DNA of 64,000 bases from an uncultured Chloroflexia bacterium (GTDB lineage Bacteria > Chloroflexota > Limnocylindria > Limnocylindrales > CSP1-4), in the NCBI GenBank assembly GCA_963813535.1, contig CAWEZH010000002.1:1024001-1088000 (forward strand). Direction: 5' to 3'. The translations under genes were made by a program, and so were the position numbers. A model generated the notes under the pieces. It did no database searches and was not told where the DNA came from. It worked only from the letters and a program-made list of their open reading frames with translations. This document shows, in pieces, positions 1 through 8,415 of the stretch (position 1 is the stretch's first letter; each line of letters begins with the position of its first letter).

Positions 1-80
1 CAGGCGTCGAGGATCGCCTCGGCTGGTGCGTCGTCGGGAAGCGGCGGCCGCGGCAGGGATCCGAGCAGCGTCGCGAACAT
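1..80 (-). CDS. N-terminus of a cobalamin-independent methionine synthase-like protein (runs off window)
   Basis: Manual translation from ATG at 80: MFATLLGSLPRPPLPDDAPAEAILDA. GSLPRP is typical of the MetE/methionine synthase II family N-terminus. Confidence 0.5.
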   Translation of the reverse strand, partial: MFATLLGSLPRPPLPDDAPAEAILDA

Positions 81-99
81 CGGCTCTATCGGCCGCCGG

Positions 100-1311
100 C
101 TAGGGCACGAACCGCGGCGTCCCGACGATGATCCCGAGCACGACGGCCAGCGCGACCACCCCGATCGCCAGGACGGGCACGTACCAGGGAACGGTCGCGA
201 TACGAGCCGCGGTGCTGCCCGCCGGCTGCCACAGCAGTGCCACGGTCGAGACCCGCGTCGGCGGCCACACCGTCCCGATCCAGAGACCCGTCGCAAGGCC
301 GCCGAGGTGGGCGGCGTTGTCGATGTTCGGGATGGCGAGGCCGAACACGATGTTCACGAGGATCAGGAAGCCGAGCTGACCCACCAGCATCCGGCTCGAT
401 CGATCCACCGGCCGGTGGAAGCGGTTCGCGGCGAGCAACAGCCCGAACAACCCGAAGATCGCGCCCGATGCGCCGACCGATGGCACCTCGGCGCCGAAGA
501 CGAAGCTCGCGATCGAACCGCCGGCGGCACACAGGAGGTAGAACAGGAGGAAGCGGGCGGGGCCGTACCAGCGCTCGACGATCGGTCCGCACAGATACAG
601 CGCATACATGTTGAAGAACAGGTGCGCGAGCGATTGCCCGAAGAAGCCCGGTTCCGGACTGCCGTGCAGCAGCGTGACGGTCCACAGCCGCCAGTACTCG
701 CCCTCGGCCACGGCCTGCTTGTCGAGCTGGAAGGCCTCGTACAGGAACAGACCCTCCGTCGACAGGATGGCCGTGAGGGACACGATGACCGTGGCGGCGA
801 TCAGGACGGTGGTCACCGACAACATCGACGACTCGCCCCGGCCACGCGCGAAATAGCCCCGAGCGGCGTCGGTGTCGCCGGTCTCCTTCGACAGCCAGCC
901 GAGCGTATTGGCGATCTCCGCCTTGTCGCCGGCCGGCGCACGACGTTCGGCCTGCCGATAGGCGCTGATGGCGCCGTTCATGTCGCCGTCACGGACCGCG
1001 GCCGCGGCGATGTTGCGCCATGCCGGGTACGCGGAGGGCGTCTCTCCGACCTGGATGACGGCCCGCCACGCGGCGAGGGCGGAATCGTCCTCACCGAGCT
1101 GGAGCCGTGCCTGGCCGAGCCCGAGGAGAGCCGCGGCGGTCATGCTCGCGTCGTCGAACCCGACGACCCGGCCGTAAAGGGCGGCGGCCTCGGCGTGATC
1201 GCCCGCGGCGAGGCGGGAATCGCCTTCGGCGAGGAGGGCCGACGCCTCCTCCCTCGATAGACGGCCCGGCCGCAACGGATCGGGCGAGGCGGGGGGCCGA
1301 GCGTCGTCCAT
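100..1311 (-). CDS. Rhomboid family intramembrane serine protease with N-terminal TPR-like repeats
   Basis: Motifs YWRLWT, HLFFNM, GASG (catalytic Ser), AHLGG (catalytic His); helical TPR-like N-terminal half. Start trimmed to ATG 1311. Confidence 0.9.
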   Translation of the reverse strand: MDDARPPASPDPLRPGRLSREEASALLAEGDSRLAAGDHAEAAALYGRVVGFDDASMTAAALLGLGQARLQLGEDDSALAAWRAVIQVGETPSAYPAWRNIAAAAVRDGDMNGAISAYRQAERRAPAGDKAEIANTLGWLSKETGDTDAARGYFARGRGESSMLSVTTVLIAATVIVSLTAILSTEGLFLYEAFQLDKQAVAEGEYWRLWTVTLLHGSPEPGFFGQSLAHLFFNMYALYLCGPIVERWYGPARFLLFYLLCAAGGSIASFVFGAEVPSVGASGAIFGLFGLLLAANRFHRPVDRSSRMLVGQLGFLILVNIVFGLAIPNIDNAAHLGGLATGLWIGTVWPPTRVSTVALLWQPAGSTAARIATVPWYVPVLAIGVVALAVVLGIIVGTPRFVP

Positions 1312-1338
1312 CGGCCCGACGATACTAGACTTCCGACC

Positions 1339-2073
1339 ATGTGCGGACGGTTCACGCAAGAGCGGCCGGCCTCCGATCTGGCCGAGATCTTCGCGGCCGA
1401 ACCGCTCGCCGACGAGCTCGGAGCCCGCTACAACGTCGCCCCGACTGACGACGCGTTCGTCGTGGTCCAGCGCGAGGAGCGGCGCGCCCTGACGGCCTAC
1501 CGCTGGGGCCTGATCCCCCACTGGTCGACCGACCTAAAGGGTGGCTCGCGGATGTTCAACGCCCGAGCCGAGACCATCACCGCCAGCCCCGCCTTCCGCG
1601 AGGCATTCCGTCGGCGACGATGCATCGTGCCGGTCGATTCGTTCTACGAATGGAAGCGCGAGGGCGCGGTCCGCCAGCCCTACCGGGTGACGAGGGCCGA
1701 CGGTCTCCCGCTGGCGCTGGCGGGGCTATGGGCCGGCTGGCGCGACCCGGAGATCGACGAGGTCCGGCGGACGTTCACGATCGTGACGACGACGCCGAAC
1801 GAGGCCATGGCCGGACTCCACGATCGCATGCCGGTGGTGCTGGACGTGTCAGCGTGGGACCGCTGGCTGGTCGACGGCCGGGCGGGGCCGCCGGTCGACG
1901 AGGGTGAGCTGCTGGCGATGCTCCAACCGACCGACGACGTCGAGCTCCGGATCTACCCGGTCAACCGCTACGTCAACGACGTCCGACAGGATGGCCCGGA
2001 ACTGATCGAGCCGCTGTCGGACGCGCCGGCGACTGGTGTCGCCACGGCGGCCGAGGGCACGCTCGGCTTCTAG
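1339..2073 (+). CDS. SOS response-associated peptidase (SRAP/YedK/HMCES, abasic-site protection)
   Basis: N-terminal MCGRF, RYNVAP, WGLIP, FNARAET, FYEW, HDRMPV. Confidence 0.95.
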   Translation: MCGRFTQERPASDLAEIFAAEPLADELGARYNVAPTDDAFVVVQREERRALTAYRWGLIPHWSTDLKGGSRMFNARAETITASPAFREAFRRRRCIVPVDSFYEWKREGAVRQPYRVTRADGLPLALAGLWAGWRDPEIDEVRRTFTIVTTTPNEAMAGLHDRMPVVLDVSAWDRWLVDGRAGPPVDEGELLAMLQPTDDVELRIYPVNRYVNDVRQDGPELIEPLSDAPATGVATAAEGTLGF

Positions 2074-2714
2074 GCGCTCACCGACTCGGCACTCACCGAC
2101 GCCACGAGCGCCTCGAAGGCGTCGCGCGGCGGATCGCCCCGATCGAGCGCTGCCGCGTAGCGACCGACCGCTGCACCCGCTGCCGACTCATCCTGGTCAT
2201 CGATCTCGAGGGTGATGGCGGTGGGCGGCAGGCCTTTCGGCACCGATGTGCCGGACGGAACGATGACGACGAGCGCGGTGTCGGCCCACGTGGCTGCGGC
2301 GACCGCCTCCGCCAGGACGTCGTCGGGCAGGTGGACCGCGACGATGACGCCGATCTGTGGGAGATAGCGCAGGGCGAGATTCACGTCCGCCGCCTCGAGA
2401 TGTGCCGCGTCCCGAATCGAGGTCGATGGCGGTGCCGCGGCCTCCTCTGACGCTGGATCCTGACCCTCGACCAGTTCATCGGGGACGACCGCCGTCCGCT
2501 CGCCCAGGTCGCGCAGGACGGCCACGTGTCCGACCTTCTGACGCGCGAGCGACAGCAGCACCGCATCGCCTGCCGGGTCGTCGCCGAGCCTGGCGATAAC
2601 CTCGACACGCGTATCGGCAGCGGCAGCGGCCGTGGCGACCGACGAGACCAGGCCGGCCGCATCGGAATCGTCATCGAACCCTCGCAGCCGGAGCGCACCG
2701 ATGACGACGATCAC
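2070..2714 (-). CDS. Hypothetical protein resembling a degenerate PfkB/ribokinase N-terminal part
   Basis: MIVVIG ... IARLGDDPAGDAVL resembles the PfkB signature-1 region; no DTxGAGD motif. TAGCCT 6 nt upstream of the GTG start. Confidence 0.55.
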   Translation of the reverse strand: MIVVIGALRLRGFDDDSDAAGLVSSVATAAAAADTRVEVIARLGDDPAGDAVLLSLARQKVGHVAVLRDLGERTAVVPDELVEGQDPASEEAAAPPSTSIRDAAHLEAADVNLALRYLPQIGVIVAVHLPDDVLAEAVAAATWADTALVVIVPSGTSVPKGLPPTAITLEIDDQDESAAGAAVGRYAAALDRGDPPRDAFEALVASVSAESVSA

Positions 2715-2743
2715 GTCGTCAGGCTACCCGACCTTGATGTCGC

Positions 2744-3409
2744 CTATGTCTGGCTATCGTCGCTCCCCGATCCCTTGCCGGAGCTGTCGCCGCTCCCCGA
2801 GCCCTTGCCGGAGCTATCGCCGCTCCCGGAGCCTGGGCCGGAGCTGTCGTCACTCCCCGAGCCACTGCCGGAGCCGCCGCCGTGATCGTCGGTACCGGAC
2901 GGTTCATCGGTCTCGGTCGGCGAGGGCCGCGCCGTAACGGTGGGCGTGGCGGTCGGCGACGGACTCGGCGAGATGCTGGGGGACGGGGACGGGACGACCG
3001 ACGGGGACGGGATCGGTGACGGGCTCGGCAGGGTGGGCGGCGGCGTCCCGTCCGGGCCGAGCAGCCGGCTCGCACCGATGACGGCCACGGAGCCGACCGA
3101 GCCGACCGCGACGGCCAGTGCCAGCAGCATCGCGAACGCCTGCGCGCGTAGCGCGAGCGGTCGGCCGCTGCCGAAGGCGATCGCCCAGGCGTCCCTGGCC
3201 GTCGCGAGCAGTCCGCGACCGGCCGGTCGCGGCATGGGTTCGTCGGCGATGGCCGCCATGACGCGGTCCTCGAAGCCGACGCTCGGGCCGGCCAGACCCG
3301 TGGCGGCGTACGTCTCCAGGTCCCGGGCCGTGGCCAGCAGCTCGGCGCTCTCGGAGTCGAGCTCGAGGTCGAGCTCGGACGGATGGAAGCGGCTGCGCGG
3401 ATCGCTCAT
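2744..3409 (-). CDS. Membrane-anchored anti-sigma factor-like protein with Pro/Ser linker and Gly/Ser/Asp tail
   Basis: ATG 3409 overlaps the sigma stop (ATGA); GFEDRVMAAI helix typical of anti-sigma domains; one TM helix; low-complexity tail. Confidence 0.7.
   Translation of the reverse strand: MSDPRSRFHPSELDLELDSESAELLATARDLETYAATGLAGPSVGFEDRVMAAIADEPMPRPAGRGLLATARDAWAIAFGSGRPLALRAQAFAMLLALAVAVGSVGSVAVIGASRLLGPDGTPPPTLPSPSPIPSPSVVPSPSPSISPSPSPTATPTVTARPSPTETDEPSGTDDHGGGSGSGSGSDDSSGPGSGSGDSSGKGSGSGDSSGKGSGSDDSQT
2758..2880. repeat. Coding tandem repeat, 30-bp unit, about 4 copies (SGSGDSSGKG-like)
   Basis: The unit tcgccgctccccgagcccttgccggagcta and variants recur at 30-nt spacing. Confidence 0.85.
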
Positions 3410-4149
3410 CGCTCGCCCCCTTCCATGCTGGATCGCAGTCGCGCCAGCCCTCGATGGAGATGGGTCTTCACGGTCCCGAGTGGTCGGCCGGTCTCCTGGG
3501 CGATCTCCTCCAGCGAGGCCTCCCCGAAGAACCGCAGCGCGACGACCTCGCGGTACGGCTCGGGAAGGGTCGCGACGGCGGTGCGTACCTCGGTCGCCCG
3601 TTCGGCGCGCAACGACAGGATCGCCGGATCGGTCATCGGGGCGGCGGCCATCGCATCGCGCTCGGCCGCGCGGTCGGCGGCGCTCGGCGACGCCTCGGAG
3701 GCGCTGACCCCAGCCGGCGAGCGCCATGCGACCGTCCGGCGCCGGCCCGCCTGTCGCAGCGCGATGCGCACCCCGATCCGGGTCAGCCAGGCGCCGAACG
3801 GCCCGTCGCCGCGCCAGCTGGACAGGGAACGGAACGCGGTCACGAACGCCTCCTGGGCGGCGTCCTCCGCCTCGGCGTGGTCGCCGAGGACCCGATGGCA
3901 GGCCCGGACGAGCGCGGGTGCCTCGCGCTCGACGAGACGGCGATAGGCCTCGCGGTCGCCCGCCAGGACCGCGTCCACGATGGCGCGATCGTCGTTCCAG
4001 ACGGTCGGTTCGAAGGCAGGCGATGACTCGGTGGCGATGAGCGACCTCCAGGCGGCGTGGGGGCCTTGGACGTCGGACACACCGGATCGGCCCATGACCA
4101 TGATGCCGTGGTCTGGGCCGATCCACCCTGAAGCGGGTCGTGTCCGCAT
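3406..4149 (-). CDS. ECF RNA polymerase sigma-70 factor (true start probably downstream of 4149)
   Basis: Region 2 AEDAAQEAFVTAF...FGAWLTRI; region 4 LPEPYREVVALRFF...EIA...LGTVKTHLHRG. Confidence 0.92.
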   Translation of the reverse strand: MRTRPASGWIGPDHGIMVMGRSGVSDVQGPHAAWRSLIATESSPAFEPTVWNDDRAIVDAVLAGDREAYRRLVEREAPALVRACHRVLGDHAEAEDAAQEAFVTAFRSLSSWRGDGPFGAWLTRIGVRIALRQAGRRRTVAWRSPAGVSASEASPSAADRAAERDAMAAAPMTDPAILSLRAERATEVRTAVATLPEPYREVVALRFFGEASLEEIAQETGRPLGTVKTHLHRGLARLRSSMEGGER

Positions 4150-4167
4150 GGACGACGGGCGATCCCG

Positions 4168-4656
4168 TCAGTCGTCGTCGCCGCCATCACGGCCGGACGA
4201 TCCACCATGGTCGTCTCCTGCACCATCGTCGTCGCCGCCATGGCCATCGCCGTCGCGGCCGGATGAGCCGCCGTGATCGTCGTTGTCGCCGTCGTCATCG
4301 CCGTTGCGCCCGGACTGCCCACGCTGCCCGGAATCACCACCGTTGTCGTCGTTGGCGTCGTCGGTCGCCCCGGCGGTCGCTGTGGGTTCGGCAGTGCCGG
4401 CGGCGCGTGGCTGAGTGGTCGCGTCTGCAGTCGGCTCTGCCGTCGGGTCAGCGGTGGCCTCGGCGGTCGCCTCTGCGGTGGCTTCGGCGGTCGCGGTCGG
4501 CTCGGTCGTCGGGGATGCCGTCGGTGAGATCAGGGCTGGTGCAGCCGGGGATGGGCTGGCGGTCCCGTCGTTGGCGGCCATGGCCACACCAGCGACCAGG
4601 AAGAGCGAGGCACCTGTGATCAGGAGGCCTCGGAGTAGGCGCGGGTCATTTCGCAT
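4168..4656 (-). CDS. Secreted low-complexity protein with TAE(A/P) repeats and Asp/His/Gly-rich DDHGG tail
   Basis: Signal peptide ending VAMA; GGAG RBS upstream; DDHGGSSGRDG occurs twice. Confidence 0.75.
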   Translation of the reverse strand: MRNDPRLLRGLLITGASLFLVAGVAMAANDGTASPSPAAPALISPTASPTTEPTATAEATAEATAEATADPTAEPTADATTQPRAAGTAEPTATAGATDDANDDNGGDSGQRGQSGRNGDDDGDNDDHGGSSGRDGDGHGGDDDGAGDDHGGSSGRDGGDDD

Positions 4657-4714
4657 CGGTGTCGTCGTCTCCGTGAGTGTCGGCCGGTCATCGTGATCGG
4701 TCGCTACTCAGTCG

Positions 4715-4740
4715 AGACGTCGACGGGCGAAAATGTTTCA
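4715..4740 (-). promoter_or_regulatory. Putative ECF-type promoter TGAAAC-N15-CGTC
   Basis: Minus strand reads TGAAAC ATTTTCGCCCGTCGA CGTCT, about 60 nt upstream of the 4656 gene; matches the general ECF AAC/CGT pattern. Confidence 0.5.
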
Positions 4741-6291
4741 GGAGTCGGGGTCGGATTCCTCGCTCGACGTGTCCGCGGCGCCAGGATCGTCGGAGCCCGG
4801 GAGCGACGGATCCTCGGCGCCCGCCGTCGGGCCGGCCTCCTCGCCCTCATCGGCCGGGCCCGCCGCAGCCACGGCCTCCATCTCGGGCGCGAGCTGCGCC
4901 GCCGCGGGCTCATCACGGTCGATCACGAGTCGACCGAGACCGGCCGCCTCGAGGTCGGATCCGAACGCATCGACATCGCCGACGAGCACGATCGCTGCGC
5001 GATCGACCGCGAGGTGGGCTCGCGCGGCCGCCTCGATGGCGTCGACGTCGACCGCCTCCACACGCGCTCGATAATCGGTCAGCTCGTCGAGCGGCAAGCC
5101 ATGCACCGCGAGCCCGGACACCGCCCCGACGACCGCCCCCGGTGTCTCGAAGCGCAACGGGAACACGCCGACAAGGAAATCGCGTGCGGCCGCGAGCTCG
5201 TCGTCGGTGACGCGCGAGTCGCGCATCCGCTCGAGCTCGGTGATCGTGTCGAGGATCGCCGGCACGGTCACCTCGGTGTTGACGGCGGCCCGGGCGGTGA
5301 ACGGCCCCGCACCCCGACGCATGTCGAACCCGGCACCGGCGCCGTACGTGTAGCCCTTGGCCTCGCGGAGCTGCATGTTCAGCCGCGAGTTGAACAGACC
5401 ACCCAGGATCGCCCCCATCAGGGTCACGGCGTGGTAGTCAGGGATGCGGCGGGGTAGGCCGGGATGACCGATGCGGATCTCGGTCTGGACGCTGCCCGGG
5501 CGATGGACGACACGCACCAGGCGACCCGACCCCGAAGCCTGATCGACGATCGGGCCGGTGGCCCCGGCGCTCGGATGCCTCGTCCAGTCGCCGAACAGGC
5601 GCCGAGCGATGTCGACGACGTCCTGGCCACCCAGGTCCCCGCCGACCACCAGGGTCGCGCGCGCCGGGTCGAGGATCCCCTCGTACGCCCGCCGGGCCAC
5701 CGACTCGTCGAGGCGCTCGACCGTTTCCCGCGTCCCGCCGGACGGCCGGTGATACGGCGAGGCCGGCGCGTAGATCGTGCCGATATACGTCTCGTCGGCG
5801 CGGCGGCGCGGGTCGGCCTGCGCCTGTAGCAGATCGTTGAGCCGCTCGTCCCGCATTCGATCGATCTCGTCGGCCGGGAAGGTCGGGCGGAGCAGGACCT
5901 CGGCGAGGAGCTCGAGGGCGGGCGCCAATCGCGCCGATGGCACGTCGACACCGACGCTCGTGGCGTCCCAGCCGGCCTCGGCATGGAGTGACGCACCGAG
6001 CCGCTCGGAGGCCTCCGTCAGGCCGACGGCGTCATACCGTTCTGTGCCCTCGGTCAGGGCACGGGCGGCCAGGACGGTCGCCCCGGCGTCCGAGGCCGGC
6101 TCGTCGGCGGCCCCGACCGGCACGATCATCGTCGCGCTGATCAGCGGGCGGCCTGGCAGGTCGGCGACCATCACGGTCAGGCCGTTGTCGAGCTGCGCGC
6201 GGGCGACGACCGGGAACGCATAGGTCCGCGGCGTGCCAGGCTCGGGGCGCTCGGCGACCACCACGTCCCGCTCGGGCGTCTCGGCGGTCAT
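4738..6291 (-). CDS. M16 family peptidase, non-catalytic subunit
   Basis: LDNGLTV, no HxxEH, SRLNMQLREAKGYTYG; overlaps the stop of the partner gene. Confidence 0.9.
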   Translation of the reverse strand: MTAETPERDVVVAERPEPGTPRTYAFPVVARAQLDNGLTVMVADLPGRPLISATMIVPVGAADEPASDAGATVLAARALTEGTERYDAVGLTEASERLGASLHAEAGWDATSVGVDVPSARLAPALELLAEVLLRPTFPADEIDRMRDERLNDLLQAQADPRRRADETYIGTIYAPASPYHRPSGGTRETVERLDESVARRAYEGILDPARATLVVGGDLGGQDVVDIARRLFGDWTRHPSAGATGPIVDQASGSGRLVRVVHRPGSVQTEIRIGHPGLPRRIPDYHAVTLMGAILGGLFNSRLNMQLREAKGYTYGAGAGFDMRRGAGPFTARAAVNTEVTVPAILDTITELERMRDSRVTDDELAAARDFLVGVFPLRFETPGAVVGAVSGLAVHGLPLDELTDYRARVEAVDVDAIEAAARAHLAVDRAAIVLVGDVDAFGSDLEAAGLGRLVIDRDEPAAAQLAPEMEAVAAAGPADEGEEAGPTAGAEDPSLPGSDDPGAADTSSEESDPDS

Positions 6292-7643
6292 GCCGCCACC
6301 TCCTCGTCGACCGTCTCGCGGGCCTCGGCATCCTCGTCGATCGCCGTGTCGTCGGCGGTCGGGGTCTCGGGCAGGTACGTCAGCACCAGCCGGTTGTCGG
6401 CACGAAACGTGGCCGCCGCGACCTCCTGGATCGCCTCCGGGGTCACGTCCAGATAGCGCTGCAGCATCTCGTTGATCAGTGCGGGCCGGTCGAACAGCGT
6501 CGCGTACATCGACAGCCGGTCCGCCCGCTCCTCGACGCGTTGGAGCGCCCCCAGCTCGTCCGCCTCGATCAGCGCGAACGCGCGGGCCAGCTCGTCGGCG
6601 CTCACCGGCTCGGTGCCCAGCCGCTGCACCTCTTCGTGGAACGCCGCCTCGACCCGATCGACCGAGATGTCCGGGCGCACGGTCGCCCAGCCGGCAGCGA
6701 GCGACGCGCCGCCGATGAACCCGAGCGTGAAGAGCGCCACGTCCTGTGCAATTCGCTCATCGCGGACGAGCCGTCTATGCAGACGACTGCCCTTCCCGCC
6801 GGCCAGGATCTGGCCGGCGACCTCGAGCGCATCGAGCCGGCGATCGCCGTAGACCGGCGCCCGGAAACCGACGTAGATCCGCGGCAGCGGGACGCGGTCC
6901 TTCACCACTTCCCGGATCTCGCGGCCGAGCGTCGGCGGCAGCGACAGGTCGCCGAGGGGCGGGATCGACGGATTGGCTGGGATCGACCCGAAGTACTTCT
7001 CGACGCTCGTGCGCACCGCATCGGTGTCGACGTCGCCGACGACCGACAGCACCGCGTTGTTCGGCGCGTAGTAGGTCTGGAAGAACGCCTTCACGTCGTC
7101 GAGCGAGGCGGCGTCGAGGTCGGCCATCGACCCGATCGTCGAGTGGTGGTACGGGTGCTCGGGCGGGTACAGATGGGCCTGCAGCTTCTCCTGCCACGAG
7201 CCGTACGGCCGGTTGTCATACGACCAGCGCTTCTCGTTCTTGACGACCTCGCGCTGGTTGTCGAGGTTCTCCTGGCTGAGCGCGTCGAGCAGCGTCGCCA
7301 TGCGGTCGGCCTCGAGCCACAGGCCGAGATCGAGCTGATGGGACGGCAGCGTCTCGAAGTAGTTGGTGCGATCCAGCCAGGTCGTCCCGTTCATCGTGCC
7401 GCCGGCCGCCTGGATCAGCGCGATGTGCTCGGCCTTCGTGACGTGCCGGGAACCCTGGAACATCACGTGCTCGAAGAGGTGCGCGAAGCCGGTCTTGCCC
7501 GGCTGCTCGTGCTTCGAGCCGACGTCGTACCAGACGTTGATGGCCACGACCGGCGCGAGGTGATCCTCGGCGACGATCAGGCGCAAGCCGTTCGCGAGGC
7601 GGTCGTCGCTGAAGTTGACGGCAGGGACGGAAGAAGTCGGCAC
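6288..7643 (-). CDS. M16 family zinc peptidase, catalytic subunit
   Basis: LANGLRL, VGSKHE, inverted zinc motif HLFEH, NGTT..DRTNY. Start GTG 7643 inferred. Confidence 0.93.
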   Translation of the reverse strand: MPTSSVPAVNFSDDRLANGLRLIVAEDHLAPVVAINVWYDVGSKHEQPGKTGFAHLFEHVMFQGSRHVTKAEHIALIQAAGGTMNGTTWLDRTNYFETLPSHQLDLGLWLEADRMATLLDALSQENLDNQREVVKNEKRWSYDNRPYGSWQEKLQAHLYPPEHPYHHSTIGSMADLDAASLDDVKAFFQTYYAPNNAVLSVVGDVDTDAVRTSVEKYFGSIPANPSIPPLGDLSLPPTLGREIREVVKDRVPLPRIYVGFRAPVYGDRRLDALEVAGQILAGGKGSRLHRRLVRDERIAQDVALFTLGFIGGASLAAGWATVRPDISVDRVEAAFHEEVQRLGTEPVSADELARAFALIEADELGALQRVEERADRLSMYATLFDRPALINEMLQRYLDVTPEAIQEVAAATFRADNRLVLTYLPETPTADDTAIDEDAEARETVDEEVAA

Positions 7644-7784
7644 ACGTGCTCCTGGGCGGGATTGCGTGGTCTTGGTGGAGTGCGGTCGATCGTACCGCGT
7701 CGGATCGGTCCGGGCCGCGGGCTGCGACGTGGACGCCAGTCCCGTCTCCCGACGGGTCTCGGGCACCTTCACTATGCTCCGCCC

Positions 7785-8405
7785 ATGACGTTCCGAGACG
7801 GCCGCACGCTCGCGCCGCTCGCCGCCGTTGCTCTGCTCCTCATGCTCATGTCCCCGGTCGCCGCGCACGCTGAGCTCGTCCGCGCCATCCCCGCCGACGG
7901 CGAGACGGTGAGCCGCCCGGTCACGGTCGTCAGCGGGCGCTACTCCCAGGACCTGGGCGGCAACAGCCGCCTCGTGATCAAGGACGCGACGGGTTCGACG
8001 GTCGCAACCGGTGGCGTCGACCCGGACGACCAGCGGCGCATGGTGGCCCGCCCGGATACGCCGTTGACCGAGGGTACGTTCACGGTCGAGTCGACATCGA
8101 TCTCCGCCGAGGACGGCGACATCGAGCGGCTGACGTGGACGTTCACCGTCGAAGCGGCAAGCGCGGCCCCTTCACCGAGCGCGAGTACATCCAGCTCGCC
8201 CGCCGAATCGCCGACTGCCGCCCCGTCGACCGCGCTACCGAGCGCGTCCCCTCCGGCCAGCCCGAGCGTCGGTCCCTCGGCGAGCCCGGCCCCGACCACG
8301 CCGACGTCCAGCGGCGGCGATGTCGTGCTGCCGATCATCGCCGCACTCGCGATCGTGGGTATCGCCACCGGGTTCCTGCTGACCCGCAACCGTTCCCAGC
8401 CATAG
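7785..8405 (+). CDS. CopC-like copper-resistance protein with Ser/Pro linker and C-terminal TM anchor
   Basis: Signal peptide, then HAELVRAIPADG (CopC N-terminal His); SAEDGD at the DGH position; C-terminal TM helix. Confidence 0.8.
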   Translation: MTFRDGRTLAPLAAVALLLMLMSPVAAHAELVRAIPADGETVSRPVTVVSGRYSQDLGGNSRLVIKDATGSTVATGGVDPDDQRRMVARPDTPLTEGTFTVESTSISAEDGDIERLTWTFTVEAASAAPSPSASTSSSPAESPTAAPSTALPSASPPASPSVGPSASPAPTTPTSSGGDVVLPIIAALAIVGIATGFLLTRNRSQP

Positions 8406-8415
8406 CGGGGACCTG

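Noticed and set aside
2758-2880. 30-bp periodic repeat as a possible CRISPR array
   Set aside because: No unique spacers, in-frame coding of a Gly/Ser tail, and no cas genes in the window.
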